The notes: a model not told the origin generated them from the sequence alone. DNA of 64,000 nucleotides from an uncultured bacterium (GCA_963705505.1 CAVPJU010000006.1:480001-544000); one strand, 5' to 3'; shown: positions 37,950 to 50,193, counted from the stretch's first letter. Program-made: numbers and translations.

Positions 37950-40900
37950 GTGACGAGATTCAGGAGCTATATCCCGCTTGTTATTTTAGTGATTTTTTTA
38001 TTAACGATCTTATTAGTGTTAGGACCTTCAAGGTTCATCAACACAGTTAAAGGCGATTCGAAGCGATTCTTTGGGGGTGCGCACTGAGAATGACTTCGCG
38101 AACGACTCTAGTTTATTCGCCATCCCCGATGAGGATATAGTAGCGGTCTTCCTAGAGACCGCGGACTGCAACGTTCTGCAAAGCGATACGGGCGGACGGG
38201 GGTACGACATAATCCCGTACAGGTACACGTCTTCGATGGAGCAGACGTTCTGCTGGGAGGACGGTAACAAAGCTGCGGGGCATTACATGGTGCTCGTGAA
38301 CGACGAAGGGGTCGAGATGCTTCAGGTCCATGCAAACGGGGACTGCGTAACTAAGGTAATAGAACCCGGCGATTATGAGATGAGGGTTTACCACGACGAC
38401 GAGTCTCAGAAGAATATAGCGGTATTCATAGCGCCCGAAGACGGGAAATCGATGCTCAGCACCGCGCCGGGTGAGGCATTGAAGAATATCTCGACAATTC
38501 TGGATACGGACAAGTGTGAAGGATGCGATCTGAGCGGGGCTAATTTTTTCGGGGCGGACCTGAGCGGAGTGGACCTGAGCGGGGCTAAGCTCAACGATGC
38601 GATCTTTGCGAATGCGAATCTGAGCGGGGCTAACCTGAAGGGGGCTAAGCTTAAGAATGCCGACCTCACACGCGCGAACCTGAAGGGGGCAAATTTAACG
38701 GGTGCGGATTTGACAGGCGCGATTTTAATCAGCGCCGATTTATCCGATGCCGATTTATCCGATGCCAACCTGGCAAACGCGGATACGACTGACGCCAATT
38801 TCGGCGGTACGGGCACGACCGGAACATTCACCGCAAACACGGGACGTAATGAAGTAGTTACGGGGGATGAAAGCGAGCCGGGTGTCGATCTCAACGCCGA
38901 GCCTGATTCGTGTCCGGGCGGAAAGCTGACGCCCGGTGACGGGACCAAAGACCTTTTGATATCCACTACGTGCACGGTCAGTGGAGGAGTTTACCTATAT
39001 CAGAACGTAAACGTCATAAAGAACGGGAAGCTGAGCTTCACCGACGACGGCTCGGAGATACACTTCTGGGCCAAGTCGATACTCGTCGAGAACGACGGGG
39101 AAATATCCGCAGGAACTACGACAACACCTTTCGGGAAAAACAAGGGCGTCCTCACTATCCACCTTTACGGAATGGATAGCGACAAGACCGGTATCACATG
39201 CAAAAGCCCCCAGCAAACCTCCGCGGCTCCTCCCTGCGGTATAGACAAGACCGCGTGGGAATCGAAAGGAGCATCACCAGTTCCGCTCCCGGGCAGCGTA
39301 ACGGATCGTTTCTACCAGTATGTGCAGCACGATAACACGATGGGCGAAACGGGTTTCTTCGGAAGGAAGGTGCTTGCGGTTTCCTTCGGCGGGACGTTGA
39401 AGCTATACGGCAATAAGGGGGCTAAATACGGGGACGGCATTCCGAATTACGACTCGGGGACGAGCTGGGTAAGGCTCAAGAACGATAAAGACGCATCCAA
39501 GACTCTAATCTTTCTCGACCGTGACGTGGATTGGGAAGCAGGGGACCGAATAGTTGTCACTACGACGGATTACCTCCCCGGACATTCCGAGGAGCTCCAG
39601 ATTGTAAAGAAAGAGGGTCCGAGAAAGCTCAGGGTCACAATCGTAGACCCCGCAACGAATATGCCGCCTGCCGGTTGTGTTGCTGATATGCCCGACATCA
39701 TCGAAGTGCGGACTCAAGTGGGTGCACAACGGGGACCTGTACCCGGACGATAATTTCAACTTCAATAGCGGCGATCTCGCGAGGCTTCAGCTGAATGTAA
39801 AGATCGCCAACGGCGGTGTTGACAACGGGAAGGCGCTCGCCGAGACGCGCGCGGCGGTCGCTCTCCTCTCCCGCAGCATACGCGTAGTGTCGGCTGGGGA
39901 CAGCATCCCTGCCGGAGCGGGGAGGATGTGCAAATTCGACTGCTTCCCGACGGGTTATTACGGCGGTCAGACGATGTTCAGACAAGGTATCAAGCTCGTT
40001 CAGGTACAGGGCGTCGAGTTCTACCAGCTGGGGCAGGGCGGACGGAAGGGACGCTATCCGGTTCATTTTCACCTTCTTCGTAAAGCCCCCGCTACAACCT
40101 TCGTGAAGGACTCATCGGTCAACGAGTCCATGACGCGCTGGTTTACACTCCACGGCACACAGGGCGTAACCCTCGCCAGGAACGTGGGCTGGAAGTCCAT
40201 AGGGCACGGGTATTACCTTGAGGACGGGACGGAGACAGACAATAAGCTATATTCGAACATCGGGATATTCGCCCGGGCTGCTATAGACAACACACAGAAC
40301 CCCCGCAAGGTCCCGGGGATCCTGGCATATACCGCGAACAAGGAAGTTACCACGGACGTCCCTTACCATTCCGATTACGCGCAGCCGGCTGTGTTCTGGA
40401 TAATGAACGGCTGGAACGATATCGAGTACAACATGGCCGCCGGTGCGAACGCGTGCGGAATATGCTACTGGTGGCTGCCGGGGGCGATAAGCGGCATGTC
40501 ACAGGACCAGAAGTGGGAATCCTATGCATCGCAGCAGAGTAATCTGGGCAGGGCGGGCCTTACGCCGCTTAAGGACTTTAAGGGGAATTACTGCTCGTCG
40601 GCGATGAACGCATTTAATTCCATACAAGATATCAGCAGTTGTAACGGCGTCGGCGGTCCCGGCGGGACGTTCCCGATCTTCGAGCCTGTAACCGTGGGGA
40701 ACCTATCACCAGCGCCTAAACGGGGGGAGGAGGCGGAGAAATATTATCCCAAGGTGTCCGGCGGGCATAATCCGACGAGGTGCGACCAGACGGACTGCAG
40801 TAATGCACCCGTCTGCACCCCGGGCGACCGAAAGAATTGCATCGTCGCGGTTCTCGACAGGTTTACGACAGCGTTTAACTGGGCCGAGACGAATTTCTCC

Positions 40901-42835
40901 GCTATATGGCTACGCCCGCGGTGGTATCTTGTTATTAACAGCGTGATCTCGGACGTGCAAAACGCGGGCCTGACATTCGTGACAGGCGGCGACTATACGG
41001 AGTCTAATTTCTTCCCCGGACAGTGGCAGCTTGCGAGACAGAGCGTCTTTATAGGGCAAACGCAGCCCAATAACCCCCTGGCGTCGGCCGCAGGACCAGT
41101 CAATAAGGGTACGAGTCTTAAATGCGAGGACCAGACCAACGGCGTCGTGGTCAATAATTACTGTTTATTGAGGGACGAGGGGATTAGCATACCGTTATCA
41201 AATTACGCGAACAACCAGAGGATGTTCAATATATACGACGGCCCCAGCTTTGAAGACTCGAACGCCTTTTTAGATATCAAAAAGTCGGTTATAGACGATT
41301 GCACAGTCGGACAGGGGAGCTGTTCGTCGAATAAGTCGATGTACGGAAGGGTTCCGCTCATGCCCTATGACAAAAAGAAGAATCAGTGTTATCTACCGAA
41401 CGCGGCAATCGCCTGGAAACAACCAAACGGGTTTTACTATCCCCCCGCGTTCCACTCGTCGAACCTCTATTTCCGCGATAACGTCGATATCCGGCACTTC
41501 GTAATAGAACCGTTGTTCGTACCGGACGGCAAGTTCGCGTTTCAGAGCGACGACGCCCGCGTCAAGACGAACTACTGTACCTTCGCGCTTAACAACCCCG
41601 AGGGTGTCGGGGGATCGTTCGGTAATTTCTCGGCTATAGACAGGCAGACCATACTCAACGACGACGACGGCTCGCTCACCGGACTCAAGAACACGATATC
41701 TGTAAACGAGGACCCGTTTTTTAACGCTCCCACGGAAACACTCGAGTGCCGGTCCGAGGAAACGGCCAGAACGAGTCCTTACGACTACGTGACGACCGTG
41801 GTGTATCCGGGCTGCGTGGAGAAAGGGGACTGCGGGGGACACTGCCGCATAGACGGCAAAATCTGCGCAATCGATGACAACTGCGCCAAGATACCGGACA
41901 AGGACAACTCGTGCAATCTGGAAGGCGCGTTCTGGGGCGGCGATTGCGGAAGCTCTTTCTGTTACGGCGTCCCGCTTTATAGACAGCTCCTTACCCAAAA
42001 TGAAGTAGGCAACAAATCGGGCGCGCAAATCCGCATGATGGGGATGAACTTCTTCCAGCGGAGCAACCTGACGGCAAATCACGGAGTTTATTACATCGAT
42101 ACGACCGTTTCACAAGCGAACCAGCTGGCAGGACTGCAGCTTCCGGGAGGCCAAAAGCCCACTTTTAATGTCTTTAAGGGTAATGAGACGTATTATGTAC
42201 TCCTCATATTCGCCAAGGACACTACGAAGCAGACGTATCTTATACCCGTCGGGAACGGGTTCGACCCTGAAAAGGACGTAAACGGAATAAGCTCGCCTCT
42301 TAAAAAGAGCCGTCCGCTTGACGTTAACTCCATAGCCTGGCCGGGTAAATGGGTCAGAAAATGGTATAAAGACGACCCCTCGACAGGAATTGTGGAAGTA
42401 ACGGTGGATCTGGCCGATTTCAAAACGAAGTTCGATAACGCCAGAATGGATAGATGTAAGCCGGAGAGCTTCTGTACGTGGACCGGATCGGCAGCGACGG
42501 GTTCATGCGGATGCTCGGATCAGCTTAAGGCAAGTAATCCGGATCTCTACGCAGAATGTACGAAAACGCTCGGCGACAATAAGAATACGGTTTGCAGCTG
42601 GGCTGTCAGGGCTGTCGATTGCCCCGAGGGCGGCTGTGTCGGATTTTCTTTCAAGCTGCCGACAGATCCACCGGCAGAGCCATTGCCTCCTCCGGCCCCG
42701 TGCTGCTTCCCGGATAATTCCGACTGGAACGTGAACTTCAGTCCGGTGGGACAGAACATTGCCGGAAACTGTCAGGACAGCAATCCGCCTAAGCCTGTAT
42801 TCTGCACTGCACCGGTTTGTCCGGTGGGGTTATGA
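37950..42835 (+). CDS. Giant secreted pentapeptide-repeat + G8 + CEMIP/TMEM2-like beta-helix protein (~1,627 aa after repairing 2 frameshifts)
   Basis: GTG at 37950 after AAGGAGG encodes an N-terminal hydrophobic segment; +1 shifts at ~38061 and ~39700; A(D/N)L repeats at ~38520-38800; G8/WE.GD.IVVTTTDY region; GRYPVHFH, TLHGT, IGHGYYLEDG.E..N motifs; Cys-rich C-terminus. Confidence 0.8.
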
Positions 42836-42867
42836 AGCGAAAACCGTTCTAAGTAAAGCAATTAAAC

Positions 42868-42895
42868 GGCTGCCGGCCATATTCGGCCGGCAGCC
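42868..42895. terminator. Hairpin between convergent genes
   Basis: GGCTGCCGGCC-ATATTC-GGCCGGCAGCC, 11-bp stem. Confidence 0.6.
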
Positions 42896-42976
42896 TTCAT
42901 TGGGATGTAAATCCTCTCTCAAATTATCTCTATGCGGTACCGGGTTAATTTCATCTGCAACACATAAAAAATTAAT

Positions 42977-44155
42977 TCAGGCAGATTCGGTCTGTTTCGT
43001 CTTATATGAGCGGTAGATAAGAAAAATAAGCATTGAGATCCAGATAATAGGCTGGCCGGTCCTGAAGAGAGTGCCGATGGGGAACGGGAGCTGGAGAAAG
43101 AATCCGGGGATAAGAAAACCGAGACCGGAAGTTAAAAGCAATACATCGGCCGCGATTCCCTCTCTCCGGGATAGCTGCCGGGATTTTATTATCCTGAAGA
43201 TCGCAATTATCGGGACCAGGATCAGTAAATCGTCATAGAGGCCGTGATAGGTCCACAGGCGGGCGACGATAGCCGCAACGCCGAGCTGAATCCAAATATC
43301 CGTTTTCCGAAAACCATATAGATATAAACCCAGTGCGATAAACGAGCCGAGTGACGAGGGGAGTATTAAATTATTCAAACCTAGCTTGCCGAGCCAGATA
43401 TGAAGATGGGAGTATCCCCCGGTTGCTGCCAGCTGTGAGCTATTCTCTACCCACACCCGCAGTGTCTCAATAAGACCCGAGTCGCGGTATGAAATTGCGA
43501 CATATGTCAGTATGATGTAGCCGGAAGCCGCAATAATTAAAGGCCGGAATGCTCTTTGCGATATGAGTAAAATTAAGAAAAACGGAGCCGTAACGGTGAT
43601 CTTGAGCAAGGAAAAAAGGAGGAGTAACGAGACGACTGTGTCCCTGCCAAGACTGCGCTCTCTTTTCCTTTCCAGCAGGACAGCGGTTAAAATAGCCGGA
43701 AGGAGAAAGAGAATGACCTGGCCGTTGCCGATAGTGATTCCGGTCGGGTAGATCGACAAAATAAAGAGAACGGAGAATAATATCTCCTCTCTTTTTTTTA
43801 TTCCGGTTTCACCGATAACTATGCGTAATAGCCATGCGACTGAAATGATATACAAAATCGCCCAGAGCCATCTCGCAGATTCAAATGAAAGCCACCCTGT
43901 AAACGGCCAGAGCATTGTGTAAGTTGCGGGAAGAAGGACGACTTTATCAAGAGGTTTTCCTCCAAACCATAGGTTGACCCATTGATGCGCGATTCTGAGA
44001 TCGATTGCGCCGTTCCGGTTCTGGTCCATCAGAAGTCGCCAGAACTGATACGCCAATCTTGAAACTGCGAGGAAAGACATCAGCACAATGGCAATCTTAA
44101 ATAGAGACTTGCTCCTGTTGAGATACCATTCGTTAATGTCCGATATTTGTTTCAT
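42977..44155 (-). CDS. GT-C glycosyltransferase, GT87/DUF2029-like
   Basis: IDL after TM1, GNGQ, LK, YHGLYD motifs; polytopic membrane protein. Confidence 0.75.
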   Translation of the reverse strand: MKQISDINEWYLNRSKSLFKIAIVLMSFLAVSRLAYQFWRLLMDQNRNGAIDLRIAHQWVNLWFGGKPLDKVVLLPATYTMLWPFTGWLSFESARWLWAILYIISVAWLLRIVIGETGIKKREEILFSVLFILSIYPTGITIGNGQVILFLLPAILTAVLLERKRERSLGRDTVVSLLLLFSLLKITVTAPFFLILLISQRAFRPLIIAASGYIILTYVAISYRDSGLIETLRVWVENSSQLAATGGYSHLHIWLGKLGLNNLILPSSLGSFIALGLYLYGFRKTDIWIQLGVAAIVARLWTYHGLYDDLLILVPIIAIFRIIKSRQLSRREGIAADVLLLTSGLGFLIPGFFLQLPFPIGTLFRTGQPIIWISMLIFLIYRSYKTKQTESA

Positions 44156-44306
44156 GCACGAATTACCGCAGAGAAATTCTTGTGAATTTGCTTGCGGAGC
44201 TTAACAAAAATTAATGTCCTATTGTATTATTTACGGGTAAACATAGCATTATGTATAAATGGTGCAAGCTCAATACGGGAAAAATAAATTTTGAACGATC
44301 GGTATC

Positions 44307-44996
44307 ATGAAAATATCCTGTTTCGGTTGTAATTCCGTATTCAACGAGGAGGCCGTTATGGAAAAGACTATACGCGGTTATCATAACGTAATCCTCAGTC
44401 AGTTGCTTGGGTCTGAAATGATAGTTGTACATGATTGTTCGACGGACAGCACACCGCTGATTTTGAAGAAGCTTGCGGAAGAATTAAGCGGTGTCAGGTT
44501 TTTAAGATCCTTTAGAAATATCGATTATGTTAAAGCGCTTCGACTTGCATTTGAGAATGTTGACCACGATATCATGTTTCATACAAATAGTGATTATCAG
44601 TTTGATCCGAGAGATTTCAGAAAGCTCTTTCTCGAAGCGGCGGAGAACGATCTCGTAATCGGTTATAGGGTTGTTAGACGAGACTCGGTTCACCGAATAA
44701 TAATTTCTCATATAGTAAGATTACTAAGCTTTATATTGTTCGGCATAAAATTTCGTGATGCCAATTCCCCAGTTAAGATTGTAAGAATAAACTGTCTCAA
44801 TAAATGGCTAATGTATTTGGATTCTGATGCGCTAGCACCGTCTATTATGCTTTCTATTACGGCCCAGCATAAGCGCTTAAGGGTAAAAGAAGTTCCCGTA
44901 ACACATTATCCGGGGAAGTCCGGCAAAACTTCAATTGAGAAGCGTAGGCTTGTAAAAATATTAGCTCGCCCGATGAGTATGCGGGTATTTAATTGA
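44307..44996 (+). pseudogene. Degenerate GT2 (DPM1-like polyprenyl-phosphate glycosyltransferase)
   Basis: VSVVIP is in a shifted frame; VVHDCSTD and TNSD replace the usual VVDDGSTD and xDxD; KEVPVTH retained. Confidence 0.65.
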
Positions 44997-45069
44997 GTAC
45001 TCATGATCTCGATAGGTAGCATTTGGTTAAGCTTAACTGAGGTAAAATTTATAAAATGAGTATATATAG

Positions 45070-46500
45070 ATGAAGGTCGGAGTCATCGGGGCGGGTCCCG
45101 CGGGGCTTGCTTGCGCGTATCAGCTTGCGAAGGCGGGAATTACAACAGACGTGTTCGAAGCGAGCGGTTCCGTAGGCGGGCTCGCCAGATCGTTTAACCT
45201 CTGGAACCAGAGGGTCGATCTCGGTCCCCACCGCTTTTTCAGCAGGGACCCGCGTGTGAATAGGCTGTGGCTCGAGGTCGTGGGAAGGGACTATTTAATG
45301 GTCGACCGTCTGACGAGGATTCTTTACAATAACCGGCTCTTCCAGTATCCGCTCCAGGCTGCGGACGTTATCTCCAAACTCGGCCCGGCCGAGATGTCAT
45401 TGTGCTTATTAAGCTACCTTCGCCAGAAAGTAGCCCCGGAGGACCGTGGACAGGGCGAAGAGACATTCGAGAGCTGGGTGGTCAAGAGGTTCGGTCGGAG
45501 ACTTTTCGAGATATTTTTTAAGACTTACAGCGAGAAACTGTGGGGCATTCCCTGCAGCGAGCTCGACGCCGACTTCGCCATCCAGAGGATAAAGAAGTTC
45601 TCATTGTTCGAGGCTCTGAAGGCCGCTTTTTCGACTGATAAAGGGGGGAAGCACAAGACGCTTGTCGACAGGTTCGCCTACCCTGTCGAAGGCACGGGGA
45701 TGGTTTACGAGCGGATGGCTTCTTATGTCTCGGAGAGGGGCGGGAATATTTACCTGAGGACGCCTGTCAAAAGGGTTATCAATACGGGCCGCGAGGTGAA
45801 AGGAATCGAGCTTGCTGACGGCAGGACGGAGAATTATGACCATGTCGTGTCTACAATGCCTCTTACACTGCTTGTTTTGAGTCTCGAGGGAGTGGATGAC
45901 GATGTAATTGCCTCCGCGAAGTCTCTTAAGTTTCGGAATACGATCCTGGTCTATCTCAATGTTCCGGATGAAAATTTATTCCCCGACAACTGGATTTATA
46001 TACATTCCCCGCAATTGAGGGTGGGGAGAATAACCAATTTCAGAAACTGGTCGCCGAAGCTGCACGGTGAGGAAAGGAGCTCGATATTAGCTCTGGAGTA
46101 CTGGTGCAATGAAGCCGACGAATTCTGGTCATGGGACGATCAAAAGCTGATTGAGTTGGGCAAAAAAGAGCTGTCGGACGCGGGACTCGCACGGGGAGAG
46201 GATACATCGGACGGTTATGTACACCGTATAAATAAATGCTATCCGGTTTACGGTATGGGGTATAAAAAGCTGTTAATGCCTATCGAGAATTATCTCGACG
46301 GAATAAAGGGTTTGACCGTGATCGGACGGTACGGGGCCTTTAAATATAACAATCAGGACCATAGCATATTGATGGGTCTTCTGGCTGCGGAGAACATTGT
46401 CAGCGGCGCTGAAAACAATCTGTGGGCTATAAACACAGACTATGAATATCAGGAGTCTGCGTTAATCACCGAGACCGGGCTCGTCGAGCTGAATGCTTGA
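45070..46500 (+). CDS. FAD-dependent oxidoreductase (HemY/UDP-galactopyranose-mutase-like family found in glycan clusters)
   Basis: GAGPAG Rossmann motif, DLGPHRFFS, YSEKLWG, GRYGAFKYNNQDHS. Confidence 0.88.
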   Translation: MKVGVIGAGPAGLACAYQLAKAGITTDVFEASGSVGGLARSFNLWNQRVDLGPHRFFSRDPRVNRLWLEVVGRDYLMVDRLTRILYNNRLFQYPLQAADVISKLGPAEMSLCLLSYLRQKVAPEDRGQGEETFESWVVKRFGRRLFEIFFKTYSEKLWGIPCSELDADFAIQRIKKFSLFEALKAAFSTDKGGKHKTLVDRFAYPVEGTGMVYERMASYVSERGGNIYLRTPVKRVINTGREVKGIELADGRTENYDHVVSTMPLTLLVLSLEGVDDDVIASAKSLKFRNTILVYLNVPDENLFPDNWIYIHSPQLRVGRITNFRNWSPKLHGEERSSILALEYWCNEADEFWSWDDQKLIELGKKELSDAGLARGEDTSDGYVHRINKCYPVYGMGYKKLLMPIENYLDGIKGLTVIGRYGAFKYNNQDHSILMGLLAAENIVSGAENNLWAINTDYEYQESALITETGLVELNA

Positions 46501-46579
46501 GCGGGGCAGATGTTTTACATTATTATCATGTTCGGATGTGCGGTCGCAGAATGATATACAACATCATCCGGAAATTTGA

Positions 46580-47974
46580 ATGAATAAATCATTTAAGAAT
46601 ATACTCTGGCCGGTCGTATTATGGGGAATATTCGCGGGAATCCTAGTCTCGATTTTTTTCTATTCATATAACCGGGGCTTTGATCCCGATGAGTTCGAGC
46701 ATATGCACACGGCGTGGAAAATCTCTCGGGGGCAGGAAATTTTTATCGAATTCTTCCAGCATCATCACCCGTTTTTTGATTACATGATTACGCCAGTTGT
46801 CGATACGTATGGGGACACTATCGAGTCTATATTCGTCAGTCGTTATATGATGTTATTGCTCGTGGCGGGTATTCTGGCCGGAACTTATTTGTTATCCGTC
46901 AGAATATTCAAAAATTCCGAGATCGGCGTACTGAGTCTCATAATGACCTCCACCGTTGTGACATTTTATATGAAATCAATCGAAATCAGGCCGGATGTCC
47001 CTCAGACGCTTGCGGGACTCTTGTCGGTATATTTTTTATTTGTCTATTACGATAAAAAGTCTCTAAAAAGTCTTGTAGCCAGCGCGGTATTCCTCGGGGT
47101 TTCTTATCTCTTTTTGCAAAAAAGCATCGTTTTAATTATCGCTATCGCCGTACTGCTCCTGTACGACTTGTTAAAAAAACGGATTCAGTACAAGCATGCG
47201 GTGTTATATGCCGCGATATTTCTAATATCGGTCCTTCCGTACTACATCTATCTTGTATTGAGCGGGACATTCGAGCGGTATTTTGTGACGAACTGGTTAG
47301 TCAATTATTACCTGGCGCAGGCTTTCAGCAGGCTCGATAGCTACGCCGCAATTTCAAGAGAAAATACCATAACGTGCGTACTTTACCTGATAGGAATTAT
47401 AACGATGATCAGATCGGGCAAGGAGAATAGATTTGCGGTTTTGTCGATCTTACTGATGATCCTCCCTGTAATTTTGTTTACAAACCTCTGGAGACAATAT
47501 CTGATGCTCACGATACCCCCGTTCGCAATAGTTGCGAGCTATGCCCTTTATTCGGCTTTCAACAGCAGGTTGATCAGGTTTGTCGTTCTTATAGGAGCCG
47601 TATATGTACCCCTCGCCTTCATGCATAATCATGGTTTTTTCAAAATGGACAATAAACAACAAAGAGCTCAGCTGGCTAAAATTGAATATGTACTGTCGAT
47701 AACCGACCAGGACGACAAGGTTTACGACGGCAATGTAGTATTTAATGTTTTTCGTGACGATATCGATTATTTCTGGTTTTGTATGGAATATCCGTCCTGT
47801 CTCGATGCCTATAAGAAGATAACGGATCATAAATATAACATTTACGATTTGATCGCCGCTCAGAAACCCAAAGTCATATCGACTTACGGTATAAGTAGTT
47901 TCAATGATATAAGGATTAAGAATAAATACAGGGTTTCGGATAAATATCCGGACCTCTATATTAGAGTGGATTGA
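46580..47974 (+). CDS. GT-C fold glycosyltransferase (ArnT/PMT-like)
   Basis: DPDEFEHMH, FFQHHHP, EIRPD, QK, QY; polytopic. Confidence 0.82.
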   Translation: MNKSFKNILWPVVLWGIFAGILVSIFFYSYNRGFDPDEFEHMHTAWKISRGQEIFIEFFQHHHPFFDYMITPVVDTYGDTIESIFVSRYMMLLLVAGILAGTYLLSVRIFKNSEIGVLSLIMTSTVVTFYMKSIEIRPDVPQTLAGLLSVYFLFVYYDKKSLKSLVASAVFLGVSYLFLQKSIVLIIAIAVLLLYDLLKKRIQYKHAVLYAAIFLISVLPYYIYLVLSGTFERYFVTNWLVNYYLAQAFSRLDSYAAISRENTITCVLYLIGIITMIRSGKENRFAVLSILLMILPVILFTNLWRQYLMLTIPPFAIVASYALYSAFNSRLIRFVVLIGAVYVPLAFMHNHGFFKMDNKQQRAQLAKIEYVLSITDQDDKVYDGNVVFNVFRDDIDYFWFCMEYPSCLDAYKKITDHKYNIYDLIAAQKPKVISTYGISSFNDIRIKNKYRVSDKYPDLYIRVD

Positions 47975-48002
47975 CGACGACCAATGACGGGGAGGTCATA
48001 TT

Positions 48003-48560
48003 GTGCTTTTAAACGATCTTGCTTTGTTTTTTTCTCTCTTTCTGTTTCAAATATTTTTTTTCCTTCTTCTTCATTTCGTAATTCTAAGAATTTTTGCGAA
48101 AAGCAACCTTCTTTACTCCTCGGTATTCACGAGCATTCTCAGTGTTGTTTTAGTTGCCTTATTGAGCTATTTTCTTGTTTCCGACCTGTTTTCCACGCCT
48201 GAATCATACGCTGTATCGGCTGCGGGGAGCGGGATAGCCGCAATTTTCGCCTGCGGCCTTTATACGTTTTTAGGGCCTGCTACCGCGGACCGGTCATTAG
48301 CATGCCAGCTGCTGGTATTCCTTTCCAACAAGGCCGGGGCCGAATGCCGCCGGGAGGAACTCTATCATCGTTTTGACCCCGTGGGTTTTATCGAGAAACG
48401 AATAGACGAGTGCAGGAAGGAAAATATTATCGAAGATTGTGATGAAACCATAGTATTGACGGACAAAGGAAAAAGGATCGCGAGGGTTTATATATTTCTT
48501 CTCCGCTCTCTCGGATTGCGTGAGAGGAATGATTACAAGGAATATTTCCCGAATGATTAG
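48003..48560 (+). CDS. Hypothetical membrane protein (3 TM + winged-helix-like tail)
   Basis: TM helices, then DRSLA..LL, KRIDE, LTDKGKR; GGAGG upstream. Confidence 0.7.
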   Translation: MLLNDLALFFSLFLFQIFFFLLLHFVILRIFAKSNLLYSSVFTSILSVVLVALLSYFLVSDLFSTPESYAVSAAGSGIAAIFACGLYTFLGPATADRSLACQLLVFLSNKAGAECRREELYHRFDPVGFIEKRIDECRKENIIEDCDETIVLTDKGKRIARVYIFLLRSLGLRERNDYKEYFPND

Positions 48561-48568
48561 CTAGCATT

Positions 48569-50193
48569 ATGAATGAGGAAAATGAAACTCTATACCCCGG
48601 ACTATTAAAATACATTCAGGGCATCGATAAGCTCTTCTGGCTGCTGATAATCGTTTTTGCCGGTATCCCCTTATTGCATTATTCATACGTCCCGCTATGG
48701 GACGGATGGCAGTTCTCCCGCTGTTATATGAAATCGGTATCCACGGGGTCGCTGGACTGTTACAATCACAGCGCATTTCTGCATACATTTCTTTTCAGCC
48801 TCACGCAAAGAATAGATTTAGGAAATTTTCAGCTGATCTATACATTAAATTTACTACTGGGAATTTTAGGATTGCTAAGTTTCAGATCGCTCTTACAATA
48901 CCTCTTCGGCGGCCGTTTGTCCCCTGCTAACCTCACGTTACTTACATTTTGTTTCGGATTGAACCCGGTGTTTTTGGCCCAGGTAATCCAGCCTTCGCTC
49001 GATTTCACACTCCCGATTTATTTAGTGATGATGCTCCTTTGTTTATTTAAAAACCGGTTTGTTTATGCGGCGGCGGCGGGGATAATGATGGTCTTCACCA
49101 AAGAATCCGGATTCATGCTTTACGGAGTCGGTGTATTTCTTTTTATAGCTCTTATGATATTCAGCGATCCCTTGTTGACCAGAGATAAAATAAAGTTCGT
49201 CAAGAAAATATGGGTATTGATTATACCGATCCTGCTCTTTGCATTTTATATGATCCTTGTCCCTAATACTCAAATCGGTCATTCCTGGACTGAGGGTATT
49301 ATGAAGATGTTTCGATTTTATTTACTGAGTAAGATGATTTTGGCTCAGCTCATAGCTCTGCTGGTTATTAATTTTAATTGGCTGATTACCGCCTTCGTAC
49401 TAATTAACATTTTGATTATAAGCGCCGGGTTTGTGAAGTCGCTAAAACATAAGGTCAACGTAAGAACGGTCTTTAACAGCAAGTATGAAGGGGATCTATT
49501 TTTATATCTTGTTTTTCGCTATTATTTATTTTCTCACCCGCATCCCCTTTGTAAATAACCCCCGATACATGCTGCCGGCTCTTCCCGTCTTAATAATACT
49601 GCTCGGGGCTTCACTTGTGAGGGTATTGAGAAATCAGCCGCTTATTACGATTGCATTGGCCGTATTGCTTGTACTGTTAACTGTATCGTCATTCAGAACT
49701 ATCGATCCGGTATCGAAAAAAATCATGGGGACATTTAAATTCGGCTCTCACGAATTACTACAGATGGCCAAATTTGACGGACCCAAACACGGGTACGGAA
49801 GGGACCATCTCGTATATAACTTCGAATTTACTCAATTCCATTACGTAACGGAAAAGATATTCAGGAGAGTGGGGTGGGCAAGAGATTTCGTTATCCCGCT
49901 GGGAAGTGACCTGGCTTCCGGACTTCGGCGCTTTTGATACCGAAACCGGACATCGGGCTATATACGGGGACAGGGTCAGATCTCTTTCGTTAAAGTATTC
50001 CGATGAAGTTATGTCGAGTAATAACGCCCCTCAGGAAATTTATTATATTTCATATCCTAATTACGATCGAGATAACATGAACGCTATCAATAGAGCACGA
50101 TTATCGCGTATGTACGACCTTAAGGAAATTATCACTGTGGAAAACGATGGCTACAGCATAGACGTGTATCACTACATAAAAAAGAATGATTGA
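48569..50193 (+). CDS. Polytopic GT-C-like membrane protein split by two +1 frameshifts (~540 aa repaired)
   Basis: Pieces join by removing one T at ~49515 and one G at ~49901; PLWDG, TKESG and PRYMLP motifs typical of GT-C proteins. Confidence 0.7.

Noticed and set aside
38520..38800. CRISPR-like 15/30-bp periodic repeats (also the 27-bp period at 54680-54980)
   Set aside because: In-frame pentapeptide and RTX coding repeats; no unique spacers or cas genes
38055..39710. Programmed ribosomal frameshifting in the G8 gene
   Set aside because: No slippery heptamer or stimulatory structure at either site, and similar indels occur in unrelated genes
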